From IMG/VR virus record IMGVR_UViG_3300036761_000818: a DNA stretch of 64,000 nt. One strand, written 5' to 3'. A program made the position numbers and the translations under genes. The DNA is from an uncultured virus (IMG/VR IMGVR_UViG_3300036761_000818). Its lineage: Duplodnaviria; Heunggongvirae; Uroviricota; Caudoviricetes. Position 1 is the stretch's first letter. Each line of letters begins with the position of its first letter. This document shows, in pieces, positions 18,553-28,779 of the stretch. The notes beneath the pieces are model-generated. The model searched no databases. It had not been told where the DNA came from and saw only the letters and a program-made list of their open reading frames with translations.

Positions 18553-18855
18553 TTACGAGCCGAAGAGTTTGTCCATAAGTTCTTGCGGGCGCTTCTTCAA
18601 GAAGTAAACCTTGTACCCCTTCGCATCGAACTGAGATTCTATCTTGATGTCTGATTCTCGCAGCACCGCGACGAGCGCATACACGGCACGACGAGAGAGG
18701 TCAAGCTCCTCGCACATCTCCTTCACCGTGAGCCCGGGGAACGACGGAAGGATTGCGATCAGCTTGAGCGCCGAGCGCAAGCGGTTCTTGTGCCACTCGG
18801 AACTGCCGTTCCCAATGTTCTCGTTCGGCTTCTTGACCATCTTCTCGGGCGACAT
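18553..18855 (-). CDS. Winged HTH DNA-binding protein, 100 aa
   Basis: LTVKEMCEELDLSRRAVYALVAVLRESDIKIE matches an HTH_11-type pattern. Confidence 0.75.
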   Translation of the reverse strand: MSPEKMVKKPNENIGNGSSEWHKNRLRSALKLIAILPSFPGLTVKEMCEELDLSRRAVYALVAVLRESDIKIESQFDAKGYKVYFLKKRPQELMDKLFGS

Positions 18856-18857
18856 CT

Positions 18858-19460
18858 TCAGATTGGCCAGTCCTGCCGCGTCGCCACGCTGCGATGCTCC
18901 CATCCGAGTCCCTCCTCGTAGCTCGGGTCGGCCGAGAGCCAGCCCTTTCCAGGGATGTTGATGACGAGGTATACGTGCTCGAACTGATCGGGGTGCGCAG
19001 CGTCGGTGCCCGCCGTTCGGAACGCGATCTCGGCGCCGAGGCTCATGAGGACAGCCGCCATCGCCGTCGATAGGCTCGCGCACTCGCCCGTGCGAACGGG
19101 CGCATCGAAGAGCGTCTCGCTCGGCGTCTGGAGCCGTTGGAGCCCGTCGGGGTGCCACGGGAGCCTCGTGTACCGGAACGAGTCCTGGAACCACCGAAGG
19201 ACCGTCGCCGCTTCTCCCTCGTAGTCGCGTCGCGGAAGTTGGATCGTGATCTCGCGAGCGAGCCGGTTGATGCGCTCATCCTTGTACGCAGCGAGCACGA
19301 GCTTGCGCATCTCGTCGATGATCTCGGACGTGCCCTGGTAGCCGTCGGGGATTCCACGGATCGCAGCGAGCGGCCCGGCGCCGAGCGCACCGAGGCCGGT
19401 CGTCACCTTGCCGGAGCGCTCTTCCGGCGTGGGGTATCGTGGCGGCTGCGGACCGTACAT
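18858..19460 (-). CDS. Transglutaminase-like Cys-His-Asp enzyme (putative maturation protease), 200 aa
   Basis: TGECASLS (Cys), FEHVY (His), WLSADPS (Asp), preceded by WFQDSFRY. Confidence 0.85.
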   Translation of the reverse strand: MYGPQPPRYPTPEERSGKVTTGLGALGAGPLAAIRGIPDGYQGTSEIIDEMRKLVLAAYKDERINRLAREITIQLPRRDYEGEAATVLRWFQDSFRYTRLPWHPDGLQRLQTPSETLFDAPVRTGECASLSTAMAAVLMSLGAEIAFRTAGTDAAHPDQFEHVYLVINIPGKGWLSADPSYEEGLGWEHRSVATRQDWPI

Positions 19461-19628
19461 CTATCGCTCCTCGCGCTCCTCGCGCTTGTGGTCTTCGGCC
19501 TCCCCGTTGAGCCTTCGCAGGAAGGTATTGTAGCGCTCTTCGAGCGTCTTCGCGTCACCGCAAGACTTACTACCACATCGCGGGCACCGCCGCCGAAAGT
19601 AGAGCCTGATCCAGTCGATGATCTTCAC
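19461..19628 (-). CDS. Small hypothetical protein, 55 aa, CPRC motif
   Basis: Read by hand: GTG AAG ATC ATC GAC TGG...CGA TAG; fills the gap exactly. Confidence 0.55.
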   Translation of the reverse strand: MKIIDWIRLYFRRRCPRCGSKSCGDAKTLEERYNTFLRRLNGEAEDHKREEREER

Positions 19629-19819
19629 TTTCTCGCTCTGCGTTCGGCGAGCTTGAGCTTGACGCCCTCGCGGAGCATGATGATCGAAAGCGCGACGTAG
19701 TGCGCCGCCGTCCAGAAAACCGGCGCCTCCACCCTGCCGTCAACGATCCGCGTCGCCGCGATGATTCTGACGACGCGGATCACGAAGAAGATCAAGATGA
19801 CGGCGAGGACGTAGTTCAT
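19625..19819 (-). CDS. Small two-TM membrane protein, 64 aa
   Basis: Two hydrophobic helices; ATGA-type overlap. Confidence 0.65.
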   Translation of the reverse strand: MNYVLAVILIFFVIRVVRIIAATRIVDGRVEAPVFWTAAHYVALSIIMLREGVKLKLAERRARK

Positions 19820-20085
19820 CTGCCGTTGCGCTCGCGATCGTAGAAGGTCTGAGCCTCGCGCGCCTTCTCGATCACCTTGCCGATGAGGCTTAGGAGCGTG
19901 CCGCCGGGCACACCTGCTTGCGCCGCATCTTGCAGCGCAAGCAGGATCAGTTGCCCAAGCTCAAGTAGCTCGGAGATGTTTCTGTCGAGGGTGTCGAGGC
20001 GTTCCATGAACTCCTTCCACCGCGCAGCGGCTTCAGGATCGCTCGGCATCGGTTCCTCGAACCGTCTCTGTTGCTGCTTCGCCAC
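19816..20085 (-). CDS. Hypothetical helical protein, 89 aa
   Basis: GGAGG RBS, operon spacing. Confidence 0.65.
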   Translation of the reverse strand: MAKQQQRRFEEPMPSDPEAAARWKEFMERLDTLDRNISELLELGQLILLALQDAAQAGVPGGTLLSLIGKVIEKAREAQTFYDRERNGR

Positions 20086-20093
20086 GACGCCTC

Positions 20094-20510
20094 CTACTTG
20101 ACCTCATCGACGCCGTTTTCGCTGCTGTCGTCGTCGTCCTGCTGCCACTGCTCCAGGCCGAAGAACTTCTCGCGCACCTTGGCGAGCGGAACCCTGAATG
20201 CCTTGGCGAACCCCTTGCACGCGCCCTCGACCTGTGCGGCGAACTGCACGGCCTGTTCCTCCGGCGTCGCGGGCTTGTACCGCGGGTACGCGCCGCCCTC
20301 TTCCTTCCGGTCGGCGATGTTCTTCCGCGCCTTCTCCGTGACCCCGACGAGATGCTTCGCCATGTCATCGATCGTAATGAAGGCGTTGACTTCGCCCTGG
20401 TACTCGACGATGTAGCCGTTGTCGAGCACGCTCACGATCACGGCCCGCGGCGCCTGACCGCCAACAGGCCCGAGGAACCCCCCTATGCCCGTGTCTCCGA
20501 GGATTGGCAT
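20094..20510 (-). CDS. Hypothetical protein, 138 aa
   Basis: GGGAG RBS, operon spacing. Confidence 0.65.
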   Translation of the reverse strand: MPILGDTGIGGFLGPVGGQAPRAVIVSVLDNGYIVEYQGEVNAFITIDDMAKHLVGVTEKARKNIADRKEEGGAYPRYKPATPEEQAVQFAAQVEGACKGFAKAFRVPLAKVREKFFGLEQWQQDDDDSSENGVDEVK

Positions 20511-20968
20511 GGTTGCGCTTCTCCCTTTCTGGCTCTTCGCCTGAGAACCTCTGCTCTGCCGCGTGGCGTGAGCATGAAGAGGCTTCTCGGCGGGTTGATT
20601 TTCTGGCCGTGGTTGAGCTTGATGTTCGTCGGAACCGTGAAGTTATAGTAGCTGAAGAGCCCCTTCTTCACGAGCTTCGCACCGAGAACCGACACGCGCT
20701 CGGAAAGCTCGACAACGCGCGCCTGATCTCCTGCGGCGAGCGTCCTGATACGCGCGTCTATGGGAAACCCGCAGAGCTTGAGCGCCAGCCAGTCGCTCTC
20801 GATTCCTGTCTCGGCAACCTGCCCGTCGCTCGGCGCGGCTTCGGCGAAGAGGTCGAAGAGCGAATCGCGCAGCATCCGCTCCTTGAACCACTCCAACAAG
20901 AACCATCGCGCGCCAGCGATCGACAGGAACGAAACCAAGACCGACGTGGCGACAAGCTCTGCGCTCAC
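20483..20968 (-). CDS. Hypothetical protein with N-terminal TM and possible winged-helix C-terminus, 161 aa
   Basis: Hydrophobic N-terminus; LVKKGL...FMLTPRG. Confidence 0.55.
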   Translation of the reverse strand: MSAELVATSVLVSFLSIAGARWFLLEWFKERMLRDSLFDLFAEAAPSDGQVAETGIESDWLALKLCGFPIDARIRTLAAGDQARVVELSERVSVLGAKLVKKGLFSYYNFTVPTNIKLNHGQKINPPRSLFMLTPRGRAEVLRRRARKGEAQPCQSSETRA

Positions 20969-20972
20969 GCTC

Positions 20973-21296
20973 CTACACCCCCGCTACGACGGTGGTGGGC
21001 TCGGCCTTCACCGGGCGGAAGTCCTGAAGACGAACGGGCTCCTCGCGCGGCTCCTCGGCCTTCGGTGCGTACTTGTCGGCGAACCGCTCGAAGCACGTCG
21101 CGATCCGATCGTACGCATCCGCGAGAGCGCTGTCCCTCTGCCGGAACTTGAGGAGGATGTGACCACGACCCGTCTTGCGCACCTTCGGAGCGAACTCCAT
21201 GAGTCGCTCCGCGAGCTTCGGCCCGCGAGCCGCCTTCTTCTTCGGCGTCGCTCTCCCCTTGTTGTACTTCCCCCGGCTGTACACCCCTCGTGGCAT
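20973..21296 (-). CDS. Basic hypothetical protein, 107 aa
   Basis: MPRGVY start, GGAG RBS. Confidence 0.6.
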   Translation of the reverse strand: MPRGVYSRGKYNKGRATPKKKAARGPKLAERLMEFAPKVRKTGRGHILLKFRQRDSALADAYDRIATCFERFADKYAPKAEEPREEPVRLQDFRPVKAEPTTVVAGV

Positions 21297-21318
21297 CTTC
21301 TTCTCCTTCTCCGTGCTG

Positions 21319-23304
21319 CTACTTCGCCGTCACGGGCCTTCCGTGAACAGCCGCCAAGAAGCCCTCGGCCCACGGACGGGCCGAGCCTACGATTCGACCC
21401 GCCACATCGGCGATGACGGCCGCATGATGGCCGAACTGAGGCGTCGCCGCGATCACCATGAGTTCCTGCGCCATCTGCTCCGGCGTCCCGTACGCCTTCA
21501 ACTGCGGCGCGATCATCGGATACGCCTGTTGAATCCCCTCCCACGACATCTTCGGAGGCAGGTTCCGCTCGATCGAGGCGCTGATCTCGGCGATGACCTC
21601 GCCCACGCCCTTCACGATCATCGCCTCCATGGCGGGGTCTGGAGGCGTCGGTCCCGCCGACGGCTGCTCCATGGGCTCTTGCGGCCTCGGCCTCGGCGCG
21701 GCCTTCGGCTGCGGCTGCGGCTGCGGCTGCGGCTGCTGCTGCGCCGCCTTCGTCGCTGGCCTCGGCGCCTGTGGCTGCGTCACGCCGATCTGGCGTGGCG
21801 GCTGGAAGCCGAGTTGACCGGCTTGCTGCGACTCCGCGAGCATGTCGCGGAACCGCTGCTGGAGCACCGGCTCGAACGTCGGCCACGCCTTCGAGATTCC
21901 ATCCGCAGCCTTCTCGAAGAGCTTCTCCACGATGCTCTTCGGCTTCTCGCTCTCATCGGCGCCGGGCGCGGCCGGGTTGATGATTTCTCCGACCTCGCGC
22001 ACCGTCGTCAGGAGGCCCATGAAGTTCTCCAGCGGGTTCTGCTTCTCCTTCATCATCGCCATGACCATCTCGTGCGCCTTCTCCAGCTTCTCCTCGGAGA
22101 GCTTGGTCGCGGCTTCGAGCCGCTCCTCGGCGATCTGTCGATCCTGCGCGAGCCGCTTGTTCTCGGACTCCATGCGAGCTTCGAGCGCCGCCTTGTCGGC
22201 CGCGAGTCGCGCCTCGGCCGACTTCCGGTCTTCGGCGATCCGCGCCTTCTCGGCCTCGAACCGCTTCTCGGCCTGTTCGACCTCGTGCTTCCGGGAGGCT
22301 TCGGCCTTCTCGGCTTCGTGCTTCCGATTGGCCTCGGCGTCCTTCCGATCAGCATCGAGCTTCTCGCGGAGGTACAAAAGCTCCTGCACCTTCGCAGCCT
22401 TGTCGTCGGAGAGCCGCTGGCGCTCCATCTCCATGAACTTCGTCATGGAGTCGTCGCCCTTCGGAGCGGCGACTACGGCGGCGAGAGCGGTGATAGCCCT
22501 CGCCATGTCCTCGCTCTGCTTCGCCATCGCATCGAGGCGCGCCTGAAGCAAGGGGTCGATCGTCTGCGCCTTGTCCCTGTCTTCGTACATGCGCATCCGC
22601 TCGTTCTGCTCGATCTCCTTCTTTCGCCGCTTGATGTACCCGCCGAGCCGCGAGTCGTACGTCGTGATCCACTCCTCGTCCTCGGCCTCCTTCCCGAGCA
22701 TCGTCGCCACGCGGAAGTCGGCGGGAACGCCGTCGTCTTCCTCGTTGTCCTCGGACGCGCCGATGTTGAACCGGGGGGCGCCGAGCACCTTGTACGGGCC
22801 GAACCACGTCGCCCTCGCGCTCGTGGCGTCGTCGAGCGTGACCTGATACTCGCCGCCACCGAGAAGCTGCTTGATGATGGGGATCGTTACCGGCCCCGCG
22901 CACTCCTGGTCTGCGAAGATGCCGAGAGGGACGCGACGACCGCGCCACTCGTGCGGACCGATCCTCTTGATCGTCCAGTGAACCGTCTCGGCGAGCCGCG
23001 AGAGGTAGCGCTCCTGCTCCTCGCGATTGAGGCTCTGAATCTCCTCCCAAGCCGTCTGCTTCGGCTCTGCCTTCGCCTTCGGGCGCTCCTTCACGAACTG
23101 GAGTCCGACGTTGATCGTGCTCGGGTCGGCGCCATCGGCGGTGCTCGGGAGCACGATGCGGCGCGGAGGACGACCGCGGCGCGGAGGCGCGCTCGACGGC
23201 TCGCCTCCGTTCGAGCCGCTCTCGTCATCGGCGACGGCAGACGCGACCCCGGCGGGATCGGCGGTGGTCAACTCCTCGGGGGCTTCGTTGTTCTCGTCTG
23301 GCAT
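21319..23304 (-). CDS. Large coiled-coil protein, 661 aa
   Basis: E/K/R/A-rich helical core, QP repeat, GAGGA RBS. Confidence 0.8.
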   Translation of the reverse strand: MPDENNEAPEELTTADPAGVASAVADDESGSNGGEPSSAPPRRGRPPRRIVLPSTADGADPSTINVGLQFVKERPKAKAEPKQTAWEEIQSLNREEQERYLSRLAETVHWTIKRIGPHEWRGRRVPLGIFADQECAGPVTIPIIKQLLGGGEYQVTLDDATSARATWFGPYKVLGAPRFNIGASEDNEEDDGVPADFRVATMLGKEAEDEEWITTYDSRLGGYIKRRKKEIEQNERMRMYEDRDKAQTIDPLLQARLDAMAKQSEDMARAITALAAVVAAPKGDDSMTKFMEMERQRLSDDKAAKVQELLYLREKLDADRKDAEANRKHEAEKAEASRKHEVEQAEKRFEAEKARIAEDRKSAEARLAADKAALEARMESENKRLAQDRQIAEERLEAATKLSEEKLEKAHEMVMAMMKEKQNPLENFMGLLTTVREVGEIINPAAPGADESEKPKSIVEKLFEKAADGISKAWPTFEPVLQQRFRDMLAESQQAGQLGFQPPRQIGVTQPQAPRPATKAAQQQPQPQPQPQPKAAPRPRPQEPMEQPSAGPTPPDPAMEAMIVKGVGEVIAEISASIERNLPPKMSWEGIQQAYPMIAPQLKAYGTPEQMAQELMVIAATPQFGHHAAVIADVAGRIVGSARPWAEGFLAAVHGRPVTAK

Positions 23305-23311
23305 CGAATCC

Positions 23312-23632
23312 TCACAGAATCAAGGCGTTGGGGTTCAACTCGTATATTTCCTTCTTCGTCAGGCCGCGGACCTTCTTCCAGCCCTCGCCAGCCATGAAAA
23401 GCATCAGCTTGCACTGCGGAAGCGGGCACTTGACGAATCGCGCCTTCGGCCCCTGCATGATCGTCAGGTACGCGGGCGCGTGGACGAGCGTCGAGCCGGG
23501 GCACGCGAGGTAGGCGTCGTCGGCTGGCTTGGCGGGAACCCGCAACGCCCGCCCGCGCCTCGGCGCCTTTATATTGATAGACACGCCGCCAGCGCTGCCG
23601 CGGGGCGCTCTCGCCTCGCCTTCGGCCATCAC
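23312..23632 (-). CDS. Hypothetical protein with possible Zn site, 106 aa
   Basis: ACPG..H and KCPLPQC. Confidence 0.55.
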   Translation of the reverse strand: MMAEGEARAPRGSAGGVSINIKAPRRGRALRVPAKPADDAYLACPGSTLVHAPAYLTIMQGPKARFVKCPLPQCKLMLFMAGEGWKKVRGLTKKEIYELNPNALIL

Positions 23633-23916
23633 TGCCCCCTCTGTTTCACCGTGAGAGGCTGCGACACGAACGTCGCAGGTCGAATGATCTGAATGAGTTC
23701 GGATTGCTGTCCGATCGGAGCCCCGTCAGCCGTGACAAGGTGAGGCTTCCCCGCGATGTCGATCACGAACAGGTACGAAGCGCCAACGGGGCAAAGCTGG
23801 CAGAGCCGAGCGCAGAGCGACGCGATCTCGGCTTGGTTCTCGGCGAGCAACGTCATCGCGTGCTTCCCGACGTTGGAGATGCGGTCCACGCTGCCGCCGC
23901 CGTTGTCCTGCGCCAT
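23629..23916 (-). CDS. Hypothetical protein, 95 aa
   Basis: Start MAQDNG after AAGGAG. Confidence 0.6.
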   Translation of the reverse strand: MAQDNGGGSVDRISNVGKHAMTLLAENQAEIASLCARLCQLCPVGASYLFVIDIAGKPHLVTADGAPIGQQSELIQIIRPATFVSQPLTVKQRGQ

Positions 23917-23920
23917 CGGG

Positions 23921-24379
23921 CTACTCCTTCCCGTCGGCGTCAGCGCTCTCGCTGTCGCCCTCGCCCTTGCTCTCGTCCACTCCCTCATCGTCACCCTCCT
24001 CCTCGTCGTCGCTCTCGCCGTCGTACACCTGGACGTGCGCGATCTCGATGGCCTCGGTGAACTGCCCGTCGGCCCACAGGAGCGTCTCGTTGTCCTTGCG
24101 GGCCTTCTGGACGAGCCGCGAAAGCTCCCTCGGCTCCATCCGGGCGAACGTCTCGAACGTGAACCCGTTCTTGAGCATCACGCGGTACGGCACGGCGGGA
24201 GGCGTCTTGCCCGTGCCTCCGCACGCGAAGCACGGGATCATCTCCTCTTCGAGCGCAGCTTGCAACTGATCTGCGGCCGACGCCTCGGAGAGCTTGGCCA
24301 TCGTCTTCTCGGAGACGGGCACGCTCGCCTTCGTTGAAGCGAGCTTGGCTACGAGCCCTTCGACTGCGGGATCGGTCAT
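23921..24379 (-). CDS. Hypothetical protein with CFACGGTG motif and acidic tail, 152 aa
   Basis: Start MTDPAV overlapping the upstream stop. Confidence 0.6.
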   Translation of the reverse strand: MTDPAVEGLVAKLASTKASVPVSEKTMAKLSEASAADQLQAALEEEMIPCFACGGTGKTPPAVPYRVMLKNGFTFETFARMEPRELSRLVQKARKDNETLLWADGQFTEAIEIAHVQVYDGESDDEEEGDDEGVDESKGEGDSESADADGKE

Positions 24380-24828
24380 GGTTGCTTCCCCTCTTCCTCG
24401 TTGACGGGCGTTCCACCGCAGACGAAGTTCCACGGGATCGAGCCCTCGATCTTGTCGGGATCGCGCTTGAGCTTCTCAGCGAGCCATAGCCGCGCGTCCT
24501 TGTGGATGGCCGACAGGCTCGGGATGAGGATGCAAATCTGTCGCGCTTCGCTCGCCAGCATGTATTCGGTGGCGAAGAGCGCGTGCGGGTCTACGGGGAG
24601 TCCCTTGCTGATCGCCTGTTGCGCCACGTCGGCAAGCGCGAACGGATGGTCGCCGTTGACGATGATTCCGCGGATCGCGGCGCAGAGGCGCTTGTAGTGC
24701 GCGACCTGATCGGCGTGCCGCACGTTCTTGTTCGCGGCGTTGTACTGAGCCGTGATAACCGAGGGATGGAGATGCTGCGAAGCCTTCTCCCACTGCGGGT
24801 CGGGGTTCGTGCTGATCCTGCCGGGCAT
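24376..24828 (-). CDS. Hypothetical protein, 150 aa, first gene of the leftward arm
   Basis: AAGGAGGGA RBS. Confidence 0.7.
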   Translation of the reverse strand: MPGRISTNPDPQWEKASQHLHPSVITAQYNAANKNVRHADQVAHYKRLCAAIRGIIVNGDHPFALADVAQQAISKGLPVDPHALFATEYMLASEARQICILIPSLSAIHKDARLWLAEKLKRDPDKIEGSIPWNFVCGGTPVNEEEGKQP

Positions 24829-24856
24829 CGTCCCTCCTTCGTGTTGAACGACGCAC

Positions 24857-24884
24857 TTTGTAACTGGCGCTCGACTTATGTCAA
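24857..24884 (-). promoter_or_regulatory. Sigma70-like leftward promoter
   Basis: TTGACA-N16-TACAAA in the AT-richer divergent gap. Confidence 0.45.
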
Positions 24885-25272
24885 GAGGCTTTATATGGAT
24901 TTACCATAATCCTCTTGCTGCGTATCGACTTGCGGCAACGACAGCTACGTTCTTGACACTGGAAGACCCCGGCTGTTACATCGACGGCCGCGATCCGCCG
25001 CTCCTCGTGCGCGTCGGGACGTGCGAAGATGGCGACCTCCAGGCGGCGAGGCGGCGAGGCGCCGACGGTTGCGAGGGAAGGCGCCGCTCGACGATAGATG
25101 TAGGTGCTGCCGGAAGACAGATGTCGCAACGTACGGGACCACAAGGTACACGAAGATTTTCGCTTTTTCTACTCGTTGCAAGACATGGACTTGCGTGATT
25201 CACCTGTCAAAAACCAATGAAGATGTCGGTCCGGTAGAGTACAATCTACGCGGCACCGAGGAATGAGGAAGT

Positions 25273-25458
25273 GTGGAAGGAGAAGAAGTAGTTCGGCTCC
25301 ACCAACCTACGGTGCCGCGCCGAGTCCACCGAGTTCTGCGCGTTCTGGCCTTTGAGCGAGGTCTGTCGCTTCACGCGCTCGCAGCGGATTTGCTTGCAAC
25401 GCATCCCGCTGTCCGTGAGCGGATTGCGCCCCCGGCGAGGCCGAGAGGCGCTATGTAG
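25273..25458 (+). CDS. Small ribbon-helix-helix-like regulator, 61 aa
   Basis: TVPRRVHRVLRVLAFERGLSLHALAADLL; GAGGA RBS; TACAAT at 25240-25245. Confidence 0.6.
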   Translation: MEGEEVVRLHQPTVPRRVHRVLRVLAFERGLSLHALAADLLATHPAVRERIAPPARPRGAM

Positions 25459-25468
25459 GAGAATCGTC

Positions 25469-25966
25469 ATGGCTGGCAAGGATGAAGAACTGCTCAACCC
25501 GGTGCTGTCCTTCGAGGGGGCAGACCCGAACCAGGGGAACTTCCGATTCGATCGCGACCTCCCGCCAGGGTGGTACACGGCGGTCGTGAAAAAGGTCAAG
25601 GTGAAGTCCTCGAAGGCCGGGAACCCCATGATCGTCCTCCTACTCTGCGTGGAGGGCGGTCCCGAGGGCGCGGTCGCGATCATGCACTACATCCCGGTGA
25701 AGCCGTGCGGGTTCAGGACGACGCTCTTCGAGGCGTTGGGCTACCTCCGTGCGGACACGTCGAAGGAGCAGGTGGACGTGCGGGAGTGGGTCGGCCTGGA
25801 GTGCCAGATCAAGTCCAAGTACGAGGACGACCTCGACGGCAAGGCCCGGCCGAAGATCGCCGACATGAAGCCCGTGAAGGGGCCGAACGAGCAGTCCCGC
25901 CGCCATCCCGCCAAGGGCGGGCCGCGGGAGGAGTACGACACGAAGGACGTGGAGTTCGGCGAGTAG
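25469..25966 (+). CDS. DUF669-like putative ssDNA-binding protein
   Basis: LPPGWYTAVVKKVKVKSSKAGNPMI motif; acidic tail DVEFGE. Confidence 0.75.
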   Translation: MAGKDEELLNPVLSFEGADPNQGNFRFDRDLPPGWYTAVVKKVKVKSSKAGNPMIVLLLCVEGGPEGAVAIMHYIPVKPCGFRTTLFEALGYLRADTSKEQVDVREWVGLECQIKSKYEDDLDGKARPKIADMKPVKGPNEQSRRHPAKGGPREEYDTKDVEFGE

Positions 25967-26052
25967 TAGGGCCGCGAGAGCCCCCGTGTGGTCCCGAGCG
26001 GAAGTCGTCGGGACATCTCACCCCACCACCCCTTCACAGGAGACAAACCGCC

Positions 26053-27132
26053 ATGAGTAGCGTCGTCGAGAAGAAGGAGGAGGGGATTCGCTCCCTCTCG
26101 CCAGAGCGGCCAGAAGAGTGGATGGACAGGCCGCTGACGAGCAACGATCTCCCCGAACAGTGGCGCGGCTGGACGTACAAGACGCTCGCGCAGGACGCGG
26201 CGGGGCGTGACGCGATCCTCGCGTCACGAGCGAAGGACGGCGACCCGTTCGCCATCAAGGTGCTCTCCATGTTCGCCGCAGCCGCGCAGGTGGCCACCGA
26301 GGCGCCGTTCGTCGAGGTTCCGTTTGAGAGCGCCGCCCCCGAGCCGCAGCCGCCGATCGCGGCAACGCCAGAGCCGCCGAAGGCAGAGGCGCCCGCGCCC
26401 GCGCCCGCGCAGAGCGACGACGGCAAGATCAAGTTCAAGGCGCGGAGCAAGGTGCAAGTCACCGTCGCCGAGAACGACCTCGCCGCCGCCGAACGCGCCG
26501 TCAACGAGCACAACTTCCTCACCGCCATCGAATCGGCGGAAGAGGTCGAGGACGACACGTTCATGAAACTCGCCAGGGACGGCGAGGACGTTATGGTCGC
26601 GCAGTCGAAGGCGAGGATGGCGCGCGAGGACATCGTTCGTTCGCTCGTCGAAAACCTCCGTGTGGACACGCCTCACACCGCGTCGTACGCCGTGCGGCTC
26701 ATTCTCGGAGCCGAAGACGACCTGGAGAAGTTCAAGCGCGAGATGAACGCGCTCCTCTACCGCTACGAGCGGCGCCTCAAGATTCGCGACTACGTGCTCC
26801 GGCCGAAGATCGAGGAGTGGGCGCAGAAGGCCGACAGAACGTCGGCGAAGGGCATCCGCCTTCCGAACACGACGCAGCGCATCACGTTCAAGTGGACCGA
26901 GCCTGGGTACGACGTGCGGGACGAGAAGGAGGCGAAGAAAGCCGCCGAGCAGAAGCTCGGCCTCGACGGCGCGATCGTCGAGGGCGTCATCAAGGTCAAG
27001 GAAGAGCTTTCGAGGAGCGGGCTTTCCGAGTGGCTCGACAGGTCGAAGTACGTCGAGAAGTCTGAAGGCGAGGACTTCCCCGGGACGGCGTTCGTCGCGG
27101 GGCACGACGAGATGGTCCTGTACCGCAAGTAG
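26053..27132 (+). CDS. Mu Gam-like DNA end-protection protein with N-terminal extension
   Basis: Coiled coil followed by IEEWA...KGIRLP...ITFK pattern; recombination context. Confidence 0.5.
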   Translation: MSSVVEKKEEGIRSLSPERPEEWMDRPLTSNDLPEQWRGWTYKTLAQDAAGRDAILASRAKDGDPFAIKVLSMFAAAAQVATEAPFVEVPFESAAPEPQPPIAATPEPPKAEAPAPAPAQSDDGKIKFKARSKVQVTVAENDLAAAERAVNEHNFLTAIESAEEVEDDTFMKLARDGEDVMVAQSKARMAREDIVRSLVENLRVDTPHTASYAVRLILGAEDDLEKFKREMNALLYRYERRLKIRDYVLRPKIEEWAQKADRTSAKGIRLPNTTQRITFKWTEPGYDVRDEKEAKKAAEQKLGLDGAIVEGVIKVKEELSRSGLSEWLDRSKYVEKSEGEDFPGTAFVAGHDEMVLYRK

Positions 27133-27147
27133 GAGACGGAACGCGAA

Positions 27148-27339
27148 GTGAGCGGGAACAACGGCCACAAGTTCAGGTGGAACACGGACCTATCGGGGCG
27201 AGGCGTCTGCAAGCTCTGTGACCTCAAGACGAAGATCGCCATCCGCGGAGGACCGAAGGGCGGCGCGATTCAGGTGTTCAAGTCGCGTCTGCACAACGAG
27301 TGGATGAAGAAGGCCCCGAAGTGCCCGGGATCGACGTGA
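27148..27339 (+). CDS. Small Cys/His protein, 63 aa
   Basis: GGAG RBS; H..CKLC..C. Confidence 0.55.
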   Translation: MSGNNGHKFRWNTDLSGRGVCKLCDLKTKIAIRGGPKGGAIQVFKSRLHNEWMKKAPKCPGST

Positions 27340-27414
27340 CGCTGAGAAGCGGTCCTGCGCGAAGTTAGAGGGTTGAAGGTGTGTAGGGCTTCAGATAAAC
27401 CGGAGGAGAAACCC

Positions 27415-28770
<1,356 letters not shown>

Positions 28771-28779
28771 GAGGGGATC

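Noticed and set aside
21175..23397. 740-aa plus-strand ORF
   Set aside because: Leu/Arg-rich antisense shadow of the coiled-coil gene; same for 33092-34702, 44591-46204 and 48086-49768
24881..25203. Small ORFs in the divergent control region
   Set aside because: No convincing RBS or motif; cannot choose among overlapping frames
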